Shown here piece by piece: positions 50,084 to 62,622 of a DNA stretch of 64,000 bases. The position numbers and the translations under genes are program-made. Location: assembly GCA_964252035.1 (NCBI GenBank), contig OZ176205.1, one strand, 5' to 3'. The notes below the pieces were generated by a model. The model worked only from the letters and a program-made list of their open reading frames with translations. It made no database searches and was not told the DNA's origin. Numbering within the stretch: position 1 is the stretch's first letter; every line of letters begins with the position of its first letter. Source of the DNA: Podarcis erhardii (lineage: Eukaryota).

Positions 50084-52971
50084 AAAGATGCTCGGCTCTG
50101 TACCACCAGAAGCATTGGAAGTCATAGTTTCCTTATCTTTAAACGAAATCAGAATCCCTAGAGGGACATTGTTTCCTCCAAATTGCTTCATAGCTACATC
50201 CAACTTGCGGAAACAAAACAAAAACCTTGTCAGCTATTAAACATACTGAAGTCCAAATCAAAGGCAGACTGGGACAGATTTTTCCCCATGCTCTTACACC
50301 ATACATTTCTAAATTATTTTAATTTTGTTGTGTCGCTGATGATGCAATCTGCAGATGCACTGAACCTCCATGAACCAGCTTGCAACCCACAGTGGTCCCA
50401 GTCTGGCCTTTGCACGATACCTGCAAGGGCTTCCTTTGGGCTGCCTCGTTCTTGACTTCTAGGAGCGCCGCTGCTTCTTAATCAGCTCCTAATACCTGCA
50501 CAAATGTGCCTTTACTATGTGAAGGCTGCTAATGTGAGACTGATAGAGAAAAGATTCCCGCTGTACTTCTAGCCTCGCAGACTGATAAGTATACTTGAAA
50601 ACTTGTCCTAGTCATTAAAACACATTCTCTCTCTGGAGGAAGAAACGGAGAATTCTGAAGTTTTGAGAGCCCACAACAGTAGTTTCTAAAGGCTTTGGAC
50701 TACAGCTTTTGAATGCATGCATTTTAGGTGGAACGAGAAGCAGCTGTGAACATAGTTACTCTAGTGTGCCCAATCCTAGCCAACTTAAAAGACCCACGTT
50801 TAACTTCTTTCCAGGAGCTGGCAGGTGGGGAGTGATGCCCATGCAGATGTTTTCTGTCGCTTACTGGAACATTTCGGGCAGAATGGTGGTTAGGACAGGG
50901 CAGTGCCAGCACCCCAGTGGAGCCAACTTGCCACTCCTGCTGGTGCAGCCATGCCACTCTGAGCTTGCTTCTCCCTTGCCTCACCCATATCAGCATTACT
51001 GATGCCAGCTGGCCATATCTGCAGTGTTGTCCCTCCCTGCCAGCCGTTCCTGTTCCCTATCCATGTCACTATCAAGACTGAACAATTTTCATATAATTAA
51101 ATGGCCATTCAGCTTAATAAGGCTTAGTGCTTGCCATAAAGATTCCCCCCCCCCTCCAAATTTTTGGAGTTTAAGGAAAATATGGATTGTGTTCTTTTTG
51201 TCCTCTTTGAAAACTTCTCCCTTTCCTCCCTGCTCTGCTCGCATTTGAGATGGGTACCAGTTGCTTCGCACTGTGTGCCATAATATCTACATATGCAATA
51301 CCTGTGTATTTGCTTGTCGAGCACTAGCTTACATTACTTTGTATAATGTATATGATTGTCGGAACAATTTGATTTTCCTAGAATGACCAAAAGTAAACTT
51401 ATATTTCATACACTATAAAAATGGATATTATTATTGCACAACAATATTTTATGGGATTGTGTGTGTGTGTCTTATTTTTGTTCTTTGGTTGCAAAAAAGA
51501 AAAGAAAGAAAAGGACAGGCTCAGCCAAGCCAGTGGCTCTTGCCACTGATACAGGAGATAGTATACAGCCATCACGATGAGCCATTGATAGCTTTAATGT
51601 TTCATGAATTTGCCAAATCCTCTTTTAAAGCTACATCATTCACTACATTAAAGGCAATGTAAGATAAGCTAATAATTACATCATAAGCACTAATTGGCAG
51701 AACTGAATACCATAGTAGTGGATTTTCTGCTTCCCCAAGAGGTTAGCCTCTGAATGTTTAGCTTTTGTCACCTTGTACTAAAGATATATTCGTTTAACAT
51801 CTGTGTTATTTCACGATTTCCCCCTAAAATTGTTTTAATATGGAATACTAATGGCAGAGTCCTATAAACGTCTGCTGGGGAGTAAGTTTCATTGAGTTCT
51901 TTGGGACTTGCTCTCGAGTAAGTGTGCATGGGTCTGCAGGCTTAATTTTTTTACATAATTACATGTTCCCACACTTTTTCACATTTGCAACAAAACCTTT
52001 TCCATATAAGGTCTCTATTACAGAAAAAAAATAATTGCACAAAGCTGCAGATGAAAAGCGGCTTTTAAATAGAACGATACTTGAATCAAGATCTTTGGAA
52101 GAGTGATGGTAAGTTGTTGGTGTGTGTGTGTTTTACTGCTTTTGGCACCAGCTGTTAGAGATAAATGTTTGCAGATGTCAGAATATTGATTGCAGAAAGT
52201 CCTGAAACCCACAAAACCCTGGGGCCTACGTCTTAGCAATTTCTGCTGTTTATGTAATTTCAGCGCAGCACGTCACTGAGAAGTTATTTATCTAAAGGAA
52301 CTGTGGCCAAATTTGGCAAGCTGAGCCTTCTGCCAGTGTTTGTAGATGTATTATTTCCTCCTATGTTATTGCATTGTGTCTGTGGCCTTACTAGAATATT
52401 AGCTAACACCAAGCGAAAAGGACCACTTTCTATGCTAAGCTCTCAAAACTGAATAATGGGGGGGGGTGAGTTGTTTTTTTGTTTTGTTTGTGTTTTTGCC
52501 TTTGGTCTTTTCACTACATATGGAAATGTTGCCAGTTTCAGCTGGCTGAATATCCCAAAATTGGGCATGTGATGTTTTTATACAATTGCATCTGGACAGA
52601 TTCAAGTACCATTGCTCCCTCGTTGGGGGGAGTGTGGAGTTAAATCCCTTTCTGCCTGCTTTTGAGCAATAAAAACAGATTTCTTGGATGACTGAAGCAG
52701 GAGAGTCTTGCAGAACCGACTTAACCTTGCCTTGCTCTTAGATCACAGAGATAGCAGAGGGCAGGAAGCAGCCCCCCCTTTCCCCCATAACATGTCATGG
52801 GGAGCTGCAACACCTTTTTTTTCCCTTTTAAAATTAACTGCTTTTTGCCTAGTCAGGACAGAGTAGCTGTTGTCTGAATAAGCAAGGAACTGATGCCTTA
52901 AGACCAGGGTGGGTGCTTGTGCTACAGACAGCTTCCTTCTCTGAGAATGGAGCAAAGTAAGGATATTTTTA

Positions 52972-53304
52972 GGGACGTGGGTGGCGCTGTGGGTTAAACC
53001 ACAGAGCCTAGGACTTGCCGATCAGAAGGTTGGCGGTTCGAATCCCCACGACGGGGTGAGCTCCTGTTGCTCAGTCCTGGCTCCTGCCAACCTAGCAGTT
53101 CGAAAGCACGTCAAAGTGCAAGGAGATAAATAGGTGGGAAGGTAAACGGCGTTTCTGTGCGCTGCTCTGGTTCGCCAGAAGCAGCTTGGTCATGCTGGCC
53201 ACATGACCCGGAAGCTGTATGCCGGCTCCCTCGGCCAATAAAGCGAGATGAACGACGCAACCCCAGAGTTGGCCACGACTGGACGTAATGGTCAGGGGTC
53301 CTTT
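52972..53304 (+). mobile_element. Sauria SINE
   Basis: 13-bp TSD AAGGATATTTTTA at 52959-52971 and 53305-53317. Confidence 0.93.
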
Positions 53305-53438
53305 AAGGATATTTTTAACAAGTTGCTTCTCGTCTTAATTCCTGTACTGCCTGCTGGGTACAAGGGAGACAGCTCTGTTCTTTGTAACTTCAAACAAGGC
53401 AGAAGGGCACCTAGACACATTCCTTTCTTCATTAGGAG

Positions 53439-53900
53439 GTTTATTTGTTTTATTTGTTCCATAAAATTTATATGCTGCTTGATTGTGGGGGGGGACGACG
53501 ACCTCAAAGCGGCTTACAAAAAAGGTAAGACAATAAACAACCACTAAAAAAAAATTACAGCCTGATTTTAAAACATTAAATTAAAACTTCAGTAGAATAG
53601 ACTTAAAACAAAACTCACATGTATGGGTTGGGTTGTCTAAATAAGAATGTCTTCAGCAGGCAGCAAAAGGAATACGCTGAAGGCACCTGTCGGATATTGA
53701 TGGTTTGCAGCCCCAACACTTCCAAAAGTCTTGGTGCTGTAACACTAAATTGTCAAGTTCTTGCAGGTGCAATACTGGCAAATGTGAATCATCGTGCAAT
53801 CTAAAGAAGACTAGCTTAAGGAAAAGCGATGGAACCAGATTTGAAACGGTAGATTTGGGAATGCCAGGACCAGACAGCATTTTTAACTGGTGGGGGAAAT
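53439..53900 (-). mobile_element. L2-like 3' fragment
   Basis: TTTATTTG tail, AAAGCGGCTTACA, and TGTCTTCAGCAGGCAGCAAAAGG typical of reversed L2 ends. Confidence 0.6.
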
Positions 53901-54082
53901 CCATTATAATAACATACAAAGTGTGTCTTTATGGTGAAACTACATGTTACGTGGGAGATCTGTTGACATGAATGGAAGCTCTGGGAAATGTCCCTTCTAA
54001 ATTATTCTCCCTTCCCCAGGCTGTTATTTCCAAACAGTATGTAATATGAAATACATTTTGTATGAAAAATAGTGTGAAATTA

Positions 54083-54341
54083 CCGTATTTTTTGCTCTAT
54101 AAAACTCACTTTTTCCCTCCTAAAAAGTAAGGGGAAATGTGTGTGCATCTTATGGAGCGAGTGCAGGCTGTGAAGCTATCCCAGAAGCCAGAACAGCAAG
54201 AGGGATCGCTGCTTTCGCTGCACAGCAATCCCTCTTGCTGTTCTGGGTTCTGAGATTCAGAATATTTTTTTTCTTGTTTTCCTCCTCCAAAAACTAGGTG
54301 CGTCTTGTGGTCTGATGCGTCTTATAGAGCGAAAAATACGG
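54083..54341. mobile_element. Tc2/Kanga-like MITE (~257-bp subfamily)
   Basis: TIRs CCGTATTTTT/AAAAATACGG with TA TSD; close to the 37519 copy. Confidence 0.9.
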
Positions 54342-54780
54342 TACTATAATTTTTCTCCCTGTTTGTTCACCACCACCACAAAAGCAAGTAAAAACAGCTT
54401 CATGTAGGTCAGGAAAATAGCGCAGGATTAAATGAACCTTACTTCTCTCTCCTCCCCCCAACCCCCAATCCATCCTCTGGCTCTCCTTCAATGCTGCCTT
54501 ACTCGCATATTGAGTTCCTACAGCAGCTTGTTAATACAAAATTAAAATGTCAAGAGGTGACGATAGATCTCCTTCATTATATGTAGCTTGCTCCTACATG
54601 ACTTCTTATTTATCGTGTTTAAAGAAGACAGACAGCCAAATGGAAGGGCAAAAATGGATAGACATAAAGAGCAGGATGAGAAACGAAAAAAACCCCAACA
54701 CCTAGTGCTTCATCAGCCTTCACCAGAATCGTGCCCTCCATGCAGAAGATTATCATAGAAGTTGGGAGGGACCATTTTGT

Positions 54781-54950
54781 TAGGGTTGCCATCTTTTTGA
54801 GAAGTAAAAATCCGGGAAAGTTGGGATATCACTCCCCAAAAGTTGGTGAGCTTCTTTTGGGAAACCTGGACATTTTGCTGATTTCTGGAAATTCCCCCGG
54901 AGATGCTAATTCCAACATGTCCTGGAAAATCTGGGTGTATGGCAACCCTA
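54781..54950. mobile_element. hAT Blackjack-like MITE
   Basis: TAGGGTTGCCATC...GTATGGCAACCCTA. Confidence 0.82.
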
Positions 54951-55812
54951 ATTTTGGACTACAATTCCCATTGGCCCTAGCCAGCACAAGGGTGTCAAAG
55001 GGTTGGCAAAAAACAAACAACCCCCCCCCCAACACCCGCTTCCTGCTGAGTTGCTGAAGGCCTCATCTTATATCCAAGCAGACTGCAATCTGTGGGGTTC
55101 CTGTGAAACGCTTACTATCCTTATTCGAGACCATGTGACTGGAGTCCTCACTTTCGATATTTTATTTATTAAAGCTGCCTTGGGAGCAAGCCTTGGATCG
55201 CTTCCAAACCACAAATTGGGACTAGCTCTTCGAGCTCCAGGAAATGTCAATACAGTATAGTAAGTAGCCTTGCACTGCACAGGGAGGAACTCGGCCTCCT
55301 GTGGCAACGAAAGGACCTAAACTGTCATATGGGCCCAAAGAGGAAAGCACAGAAAGTGTCCCTGATATTTCATACCTTTGACTGGTTCTCACTCTAGATT
55401 TGTACTAGAATGCTGTTGCCAGGACTGCAGAACTAAAGGAAGCCTCTTTCTGGCTTCTTCTACCAGCCAGGAAGAACATCGTGGCAAGGAGACCAACGTA
55501 GCTCCATCAACTGGCCAGTGAAGGAAGAGCTATTGCTGCACTCACTTTCCAATTCTCTCCCTCTTCTCTTCCTTTTGTATCCTGTCAATCAAAAGGTCCT
55601 GCCTGAAGGCGTGCAATCTTTTAGTACAGAAGTTAATGTGTCTGCTAGATAGTAATTAGATGGAATTGTCACACACTCTGTACACATCATATATGTTTAA
55701 AGCACATCTTCCTCCAAAGAAATCAGGGAACTCTGGTTTAACCTTCATAGCTATAATTCCCAGCACCCTTAAACTACAGTTCCCAAGATTCTTTAGGGGA
55801 AGTTATGTGGCT

Positions 55813-55814
<2 letters not shown>

Positions 55815-55857
<43 letters not shown>
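55815..55857. repeat. (AC)n microsatellite abutting a MITE
   Basis: Read directly from the sequence. Confidence 0.95.
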
Positions 55858-55861
<4 letters not shown>

Positions 55862-56038
55862 GGCACCTCGGGTTAAGTACTTAATTCATTCCAGAGGTCC
55901 GTTCTTAACTTGAAACTGTTCTTAACCTGAAGCACCACTTTAGCTAATGGGGCCTCCTCCTGCTGCCACACCACTGGAGCATGATTTCTGTTCTCATCCT
56001 GAAGCAAAGTACTTAACCTGAAGCACTATTTCTGGGTT
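55858..56038. mobile_element. Tc1/mariner MITE, CAGTGGTACCTC family, truncated on the right
   Basis: AGTGGCACCTCGGGTTAAGTAC...CACTATTTCTGGGTT; the right TIR is missing. Confidence 0.82.
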
Positions 56039-56057
56039 CTGAGTTCAGTGGACCTTA

Positions 56058-56425
56058 AAGGTAAAGGTAAAGGTACCCCTGCCCGTACAGGCCAGTCATG
56101 ACCAACTCTGGGGTTGTGCGCCCATCTCACTTAAGAGGCCGGGGGCCAGCGCTGTCCAGAGACACTTCCGGGTCACGTGGCCAGCGTAGCGAAGCTGCTC
56201 TGGCGAGCCAGCACCAGCACAGCACATGGAAACGCCGTTTACCTTCCCGCTATAAAGCGGTACCTATTTATCTACTTGCACTTAAGAGTGCTTTCAAACT
56301 GCTAGGTGGGCAGGAGCTGGGACCGAATGATGGGAGCTCACCCCGCCACGGGGATTCGAACCGCCAACCATACGATCGGCAAGTCCTAGGCGCTGAGGTT
56401 TAACCCACAGCGCCACCCGCGTCCC
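56058..56425 (-). mobile_element. Sauria SINE, full length
   Basis: TSD TCAGTGG(A/G)CCTTA at 56045-56057 and 56426-56438. Confidence 0.93.
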
Positions 56426-56449
56426 TCAGTGGGCCTTACCTCTGAGGAA

Positions 56450-56626
56450 ATGGGTATATTTTTTTTTTTTGAGGAAGACCCCCAAAAAATTTTTTACCAA
56501 AAAGATGCACATTTTCGATTGACTTGCCTAAGATCCAGGACAGAGTGCCACATTTCAGAAATTTGCCCCTGGACATTATTTCTGCCTTTGAAATCCTGGT
56601 CATGTCCAGACATATGCCAACACTAC
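56450..56626. mobile_element. hAT Blackjack-like MITE fragment
   Basis: GACTTGCCTAAGATCCAGGAC...TTTCAGAA internal block shared with the 7.4 and 11.5 kb copies; ends TATGCCAACACTA. Confidence 0.6.
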
Positions 56627-56699
56627 AGATGGCCATAAAAATAACCTGCGAGGAATTGCCTAATACAAGAAAAGAAAGACCAAAAGCAAGGTACAGTAG

Positions 56700-57082
56700 T
56701 AGTGAGTGAGTCTGAGTTGAGAAATAAGACTAAGAGCACATATTGATATAGGAATGCATTAGATAATATGTAAAGAAATATACAATAATAAGAGTACAGT
56801 CATTTGTAAAAAAGGAATATACAACGGGAAAGACAGGAAGTCTAGTGTTTTGGTATGTATATAATGTATATGATTTTGGGGGGGAAATTGTTTTTGTTTT
56901 TTCTCTTCTTTCTTTTTTGTTTGTTTCATTTTCTTTCTAGGTATATAAAATTTGTATATAATTTTTGTATACATGTTGGAAATTATATTATAGTTAAGTC
57001 CTGTAATGTAATATGACAATGTTTAGCGATGTAATATAAGAATGTTAAATAAAATAAATAAAATGCAAATTATAAAAAAAAA
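56700..57082 (+). mobile_element. L1-like 3' UTR with poly(A)
   Basis: T-rich block, then AATAAAATAAATAAAA and an A9 tail. Confidence 0.55.
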
Positions 57083-57464
57083 GTAGTGAGGAAGACGATG
57101 TATTCGCTTGAGGCAAAAAATGTTATTTGGATGTGCATTCTTACACCATAGCCTTGCTTTCCTCCTCCAAAGCTTCTGCAAAAGATTAGCTTCAGAACAG
57201 CTTCTCGGGGACCACCCAGTCAGCTTCATCCCCTGATGAGCACAGAGGCTTCCCGCTCAGCCAGTATGCCAAAAGAAACAGTTAGTGCTTGCTCCTCAAG
57301 TGAGAATATATACGTAATCTATAGAGGTCAATGGAAATGTGAAGTTATAAAGAGAGGCAGTTTAGGAGACGCAGCATCCTTTTCATACCTGCATTTCTGC
57401 TGAGCTCATTGCTTGGTCATTCGCAACTCGAATGCCACTCAGTTCAATGGGACTTGTTTTCTTG

Positions 57465-57868
57465 TGTTGTTGTTCAGTCATTTAGTCGTGTCCGACTCTT
57501 CGTGACCCCATGGACCAGAGCACGCCAGGCACTCCTGTCTTCCACTGCCTCCCGCAGTTTGGTCAAACTCATGTTGGTAGCTTCAAAAACACTATCCAAC
57601 CATCTCGTCCTCTGTGGTCCCCTTCTCCTTGTGCCCTCCATCTTTCCCAACATCAGGGTCTTTTCCAGGGAGTCTTCTCTTCTCATGAGGTGGCCAAAGT
57701 ACTGGAGCCTCAGCTTCAGGATCTGTCCTTCCAGTGAGCACTCAGGGCTGATTTCCTTCAGAATGGATAGGTTTGATCTTCCTGCAGTCCATGGGACTCT
57801 CAAGAGTCTCCTTCAGCACCATAATTCAAAGACATCAATTCTTTGGTGATCAGCCTTCTTTATGGTCC
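57465..57868 (-). mobile_element. BovB (RTE) LINE 3' end
   Basis: Open frame RVPWTAGRSNLSILKEISPECSLEGQILKLRLQYFGHLMRR...WRALVHGVTKSRTRLND* with a (CAA)n tail. Confidence 0.95.
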
Positions 57869-57891
57869 TTGTAGCTGAGATTAAAATAGCT

Positions 57892-58020
57892 CCAGGGATA
57901 GCTCAGTCAGCAGAGCAAGAGGCTCTTGAACAGGGTCATGGGTTTGAGTCACGTTGGGCAAAAGATTTCTGCATTGCAGAGGGGTTGGGTTACATCACCC
58001 TTTTGGTCCCTTCCAACCCG
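57892..58020 (+). mobile_element. tRNA-Lys-derived SINE with CR1 tail
   Basis: GGGATAGCTCAGTCAGCAGAGCAAGAGGCTCTT...ACGTTGGGCAAAAGATT...GCATTGCAG...GTCCCTTCCAAC. Confidence 0.8.
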
Positions 58021-58082
58021 TAAGCCCATTAAAGCCTTTAAAATGGGGGTGGCATTATTATTAGACCAGTATGGATGACATA

Positions 58083-58440
58083 GGTGATGCGGGTGGTGCT
58101 GTGGGTTAAAGCACAGAGCCTAGGACTTGCCGATCAGAAGGTCGGCGGTTCAAATCCCCGTGACGGGGTGAGCTCCCGTTGCTTGGTCCCTGCTCCTGCC
58201 AACCTAGCAGTTTGAAAGCACATCAAAGTGCAAGTAGATAAATAGGTACCACTCTGGCAGGAAGGTAAACGGCATTTCTGTGTGCTGCTCTGGTTCGCCA
58301 GAAGCGGCTTAGTCATGCTGGCCACATGACCCGGAAGCTGTACACAGGCTCCCTTGGCCAATAAAGCGAGATGAGCGCCGCAACTCCAGAGTTGGTCACG
58401 ACTGGATCTATTAGTCAGGGGTCCCTTTACCTTTACCTTT
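58083..58440 (+). mobile_element. Sauria SINE, full length
   Basis: 13-bp TSD TATGGATGACATA at 58070-58082 and 58441-58453. Confidence 0.93.
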
Positions 58441-58869
58441 TATGGATGACATATGGAGTGACACCCCAAGAATGACTATTACCGTTTTTGGATTAAGCAG
58501 CTAAATTTGGACCGCCAACCAAATCAAGAAGCCAACAGCAGAAGCTTATACATTTTTTATAAATGGAATTTGGGCCAGATGCTATTTCTTTTTTCTGCCT
58601 CAGGGACACCGGCATTTATGAATACTCTGGCCAAAATCAAAAGGCCTGCTGTGCTCATTTCTACCCACAAATAAGACTTTTCTAGTGGTGCTGGAGCACT
58701 TCCTCAGCGAGTGGAATCTGACGTTTGGCACACACATTTGTCAACAGTGGAATCGCCTCTGGGATCAATTTTGTCCTCCTTGGTTTTTTGCTTCTGAAAT
58801 TAATTAAACAAAAGACTGTGTTGAAAGTACAGCAAATCGAGGTAAATGACAACAAATCCTATTGCTGAG

Positions 58870-59034
58870 TAGAGATTGCCATATTTCAGTAAGTGAAAAT
58901 CTGGACACAAAAGTTGCGTTGCTGGCATATGTCCAGATTTTCCCAGGAACATTTTGCTGATTTCTGCCTGGACACTGCTTCCAACAGCAACGTTCTGTGT
59001 ATGGCCGGGAAATTCAGGACGTTTGGCAACACTA
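58870..59034. mobile_element. hAT Blackjack-like MITE
   Basis: TAGAGATTGCCATATTTC...TTTGGCAACACTA. Confidence 0.72.
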
Positions 59035-59089
59035 AAGATGCAATGCACCAGAGGTCATGATACTGTATGTGCCATGAAGTTGCTATCTA

Positions 59090-59347
59090 CTGTATTTATT
59101 GCTCTATAAGACTCACTTTTTCCCTCCTAAAAAGTAAGGGGAAATGTGTGTGCGTCTTATGGAGCGAATGCAGGCTGCGCAGCTATTCCAGAAGCCAGAA
59201 CAGCAAGAGGGATTGCTGCTTTCACTGCGCAGCGATCCCTCTTGTTGTTCTGCCTTCTGAGATTCAGAATATTTTTTTCTTGTTTTCCTCCTTCAAAAAC
59301 TAGGTGCGTCTTATGGTCTGGTGCGCCTTATAGAGCGAAAAATATGG
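59090..59347. mobile_element. Tc2/Kanga-like MITE (~257-bp subfamily)
   Basis: TA|CTGTATTTATTGCTCTATAAGAC...GAGCGAAAAATATGG|TA. Confidence 0.88.
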
Positions 59348-59672
59348 TAAAAATATATTGAAATAGTGTGTATTCTTGTTCTCCTTAGCACATCTGCATA
59401 CTTTTTGAAGCTTGCATGCTTGCTTCCCTTAGGAACAAAGTGACTGGGGCAAAAGCTGCTTTGCCATCAAATTTAGAAAATTTCACCACAGAGTGCAGCT
59501 GAATCATATTGAAATTAGATGAAGACATCAATGCAAAAGGTTGCCCCAAAGGTTCTGCTTTCTCTTTCTGCCCCCTCATTCGTAAACAGATTTTCTTGCA
59601 TACCATAAATATTATATGGTAGCACTGCGTGACAGCACTGCATCAGAAATCTGCCCATTTGTAAAGGATGTA

Positions 59673-60095
59673 CCGTATTTTTCGCTCCATAAGGTGCACC
59701 TAGTTTTTAGAGGGGGAAATCAAGGGGGAAAAAATATTATTTCCACCCCCCCCCCATCCCCAAAGAGCAGCAGACAGGCTGTGCAAAGCTAAAGCAGCCA
59801 AGACAGCGAGCGCGATCCATCCTGCGTGCTATCTTGGCTTCCTCTTTAGCCGTGCGCAACCTCTCCAGGAGGGAGAAGGGACTGACTCCTACGAGGAGGG
59901 AGAAGGGACTGACGGACCATGTCAGACCCTTCTCCCTCCTGGGGAAAAGCCCGCAAGAGCCATGTAGAGCTTGTGTGCGGCTCTTGGGGACTTATCCTGC
60001 CTGCCTCCCCCCTGCATTCACTCCATAAGACGCACACACATTCCCTCTTACTTTTTAGGAGGGAAAAAGTGCGTCTTATGGAGCAAAAGATATGG
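59673..60095. mobile_element. Tc2/Kanga-like MITE with GC-rich interior
   Basis: TA|CCGTATTTTTCGCTCCATAAG...CTTATGGAGCAAAAGATATGG|TA; internal GGGAGAAGGGACTGAC duplication. Confidence 0.85.
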
Positions 60096-60880
60096 TATAT
60101 TGTACAGCGGAATGTACAATCGTTTAAATATTGTAACTTTTCCCGCAGAGGGAACAGTTGGGCGAAACATTCTTCAAGCTCTTTCGGATACTACTGGACC
60201 AAGACTGCTTTCCCTGGCTTAGTGTCAAACAACGTGCAAAGAGGAAAAGGGAAAATAAGTGTGATTGGGGGGGGGGGTGCATGGCTGTAAGGATGGAATA
60301 AACCATTTAAAATGCTCCACTTGCATTTCATTTACTATGAAATGCGTATGACGTACGATAAAACTGGCGAATAAATTAGGTCCAGGGATTTCACCAAGCA
60401 TATGGAGATGCCACTCCCTGTGGTCCTCTAGAATATATAGAATAAACATGTCTCTGTTCATTTTCTTCCTCCACCCACCACATGCTGTTCCTTGGAACGT
60501 CCACAAAACACCAGTTCTCGTTGCATTTAAGAAAATAAGAAAAGACAACCCAGGTAGAAGAGTAGAACTTCCCCTATGTTTAAATAGCAACCCTGAAGAA
60601 AGATGAGCTTCTGACTTCTGGGTAAATCTCATTTGCCAGTCAAAAGTGAGAGAAATGCTGTTTTAATAGAACATGAACGCAGGGAGATCTGTCAAATTTA
60701 CCTAACTCCCTGATGCTTCTGAATCTCATTTGGCCATAATGGTTTTGTTTTAGCAAGCTTTGTAATACGTTCTGCAGCATATGTATTACTTCACTGAGTC
60801 TCCTTGGGGCAGGGGAAAGGCAGCTAATAAGCACTTTGATAAATGAAAGGAAACAGAGGCTCACTCTGAAGGATCAGTCA

Positions 60881-61122
60881 CTGTATTTTTCGCTCTATAA
60901 GACGCACCAGACAACAAGAGGAGGAAAACAAGAAAAAAAATATTCTGAACCTCAGAAGGCAGAACAGCAAGAGGGATCACTGCACAGTGAAAGCAGCAAT
61001 CCCTCTTGCTGTTTTGGCTTCAGGGATAGCTGCGCAGCCTGCATTCGCTCCATAAGACGCACACACATTTCCCCTTACTTTTTAGGAGGGGAAAAGTGAG
61101 TCTTATAGAGCAAAAAATACGG
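60881..61122. mobile_element. Tc2/Kanga-like MITE (~257-bp subfamily, opposite orientation)
   Basis: CTGTATTTTTCGCTCTATAAGAC...CAAAAAATACGG|TA. Confidence 0.88.
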
Positions 61123-61521
61123 TATGTGTTTGGAAATATCAAGTGGTAGAAGACTTCCTGGGTGTCACTTCAAGTCACAAGAGGACAATTGCATGCTTCA
61201 GTGCAGTCCCAAGTCAAAAACAATCTAACACAGAATGATGAACTCTTCAACCTGTTGCAATCAATGTGATTAAAAAGGCTTAATTCTTTTCTTTTTTTGC
61301 ATTATGGAAGTGCCTCTGGAAAGTTAGCATGTCAAGGAGAAGAATGCTAGGTTAATCTTCCCGATGTGCTACATTTCTATGCATATGGAGCTTTGCTTCT
61401 TCTCTTACATTTTTGTCCGTATGGGTGGGACAATTTATTTGTATCTGCATTACACTATACATAGCCTGTGGTGGTCAGACTGTCTAGACTGGGGCTTCTG
61501 ACTACTATAATTCTCACACAA

Positions 61522-61658
61522 CAGGGGCAGCCAACGTGGTGTCGTCCAGATGTTTTGGGACTACAACTCCCATCATCCCTGACCACTGGTCCTGTTAGCT
61601 AGGGATGATGGGAGTTGTAGTCCCAAAACATCTGGAGGGCCGAGTTTGCCTATGCCTG
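61522..61658. mobile_element. Hairpin hAT-type MITE (GGACTACAACTCCC family)
   Basis: CCAGATGTTTTGGGACTACAACTCCCATCATCCCT...AGGGATGATGGGAGTTGTAGTCCCAAAACATCTGG perfect arms. Confidence 0.82.
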
Positions 61659-61954
61659 TCATAAACTATGTTGGCTGCAGCTGATGGAAACTGGAGTCCA
61701 AGAGCATCTAGAGCCACGGTTCCCAACGTGGGGCACATGCCACACAGGGGGGCAATTTTATTTTTTGGAGGGGCAAGCAATTTGAGAATGAGTTATTAAC
61801 CGTGAATGGCCTTTTAGGCTTCCTCCACGTGAATAGGAGTTCACTTTTTAAATAATGAGAATTCTATGTCATGGGGGGAGCTTCAGGATTTTAGAGATGC
61901 TTAGGTGGGGCAAACTCTCAACCCATCTAGCTTGAGTTTGTAGTCAAGAATAGT

Positions 61955-62622
61955 TAGGGCTGCCGCACATCTGGATTTTTCCAGACATGGCTGGGATTCG
62001 GGCAGCAGAAAGGCCTCTGTGTGAATTTTTGCCGAATCTGCGAAATGTCCAGGAAAACCTGGACATACGGCAAGAGGTATTTTTTTAAAAAAATCCATAA
62101 AAATTATGAAAAAGCCCCCAAATTAATATTTTTTGGCAGATGTTCCCCTCAACAATTTTGACCCCCCTCCCAAAAAGAAAAGCTCAACAACTTTGTTTTT
62201 TTTAAAGATATTTATTAAATTTCCAAATATTACCAATAAAAAGAAAAAAAACAATAACACAACAATAAAAACAAATACACACAACAAACAAGTATAATTT
62301 CAGTCCCTTATTTTGTTATTCCTTAGTTCCCTGACCTCCTCATACCTCCCCTTTCTGTATTCCAATTTCTAGTTATCAATTCAACAAATCCTCTCCCTTA
62401 TTCTCAAATTAATATTTCACCTTTCTTTTCCTTTTACTTAATCATTATCACTGAAAACCTCTTAACTTCTAAATCCACGTCATTCTAGCATTCATTAATT
62501 TTGCAATATTTCCTGAGATAGACCTTAAATTTCTTCCAATCTTCTTCCGCCGTCTCTCTTCCCTGGTCCCTTAGCTCAACAACTTTGTGCACGTTTTCAC
62601 CTTTGAGGATATGGCAACCCTA
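61955..62622. mobile_element. hAT Blackjack-like MITE hosting an L1 fragment
   Basis: TAGGGCTGCC...TGGCAACCCTA with an exact 8-bp TSD AGAATAGT. Confidence 0.9.
62197..62572 (-). mobile_element. 5'-truncated L1-like insertion
   Basis: Minus strand GDQGRETAEEDWKKFKVYLRKYCKINEC*, then 3' UTR and poly(A); 16-bp TSD AGCTCAACAACTTTGT. Confidence 0.85.

Noticed and set aside
50614-52673. CDC7 polyadenylation site
   Set aside because: Several candidates (ATTAAA at 50614, variant signals near 51.4 kb before a GT-rich tract, AATAAA at 52668) cannot be ranked from sequence alone.
57892-57960. tRNA-Lys-like sequence as a functional tRNA gene
   Set aside because: Degenerate anticodon and T arms, and it continues straight into a CR1 tail, so it is a SINE head.
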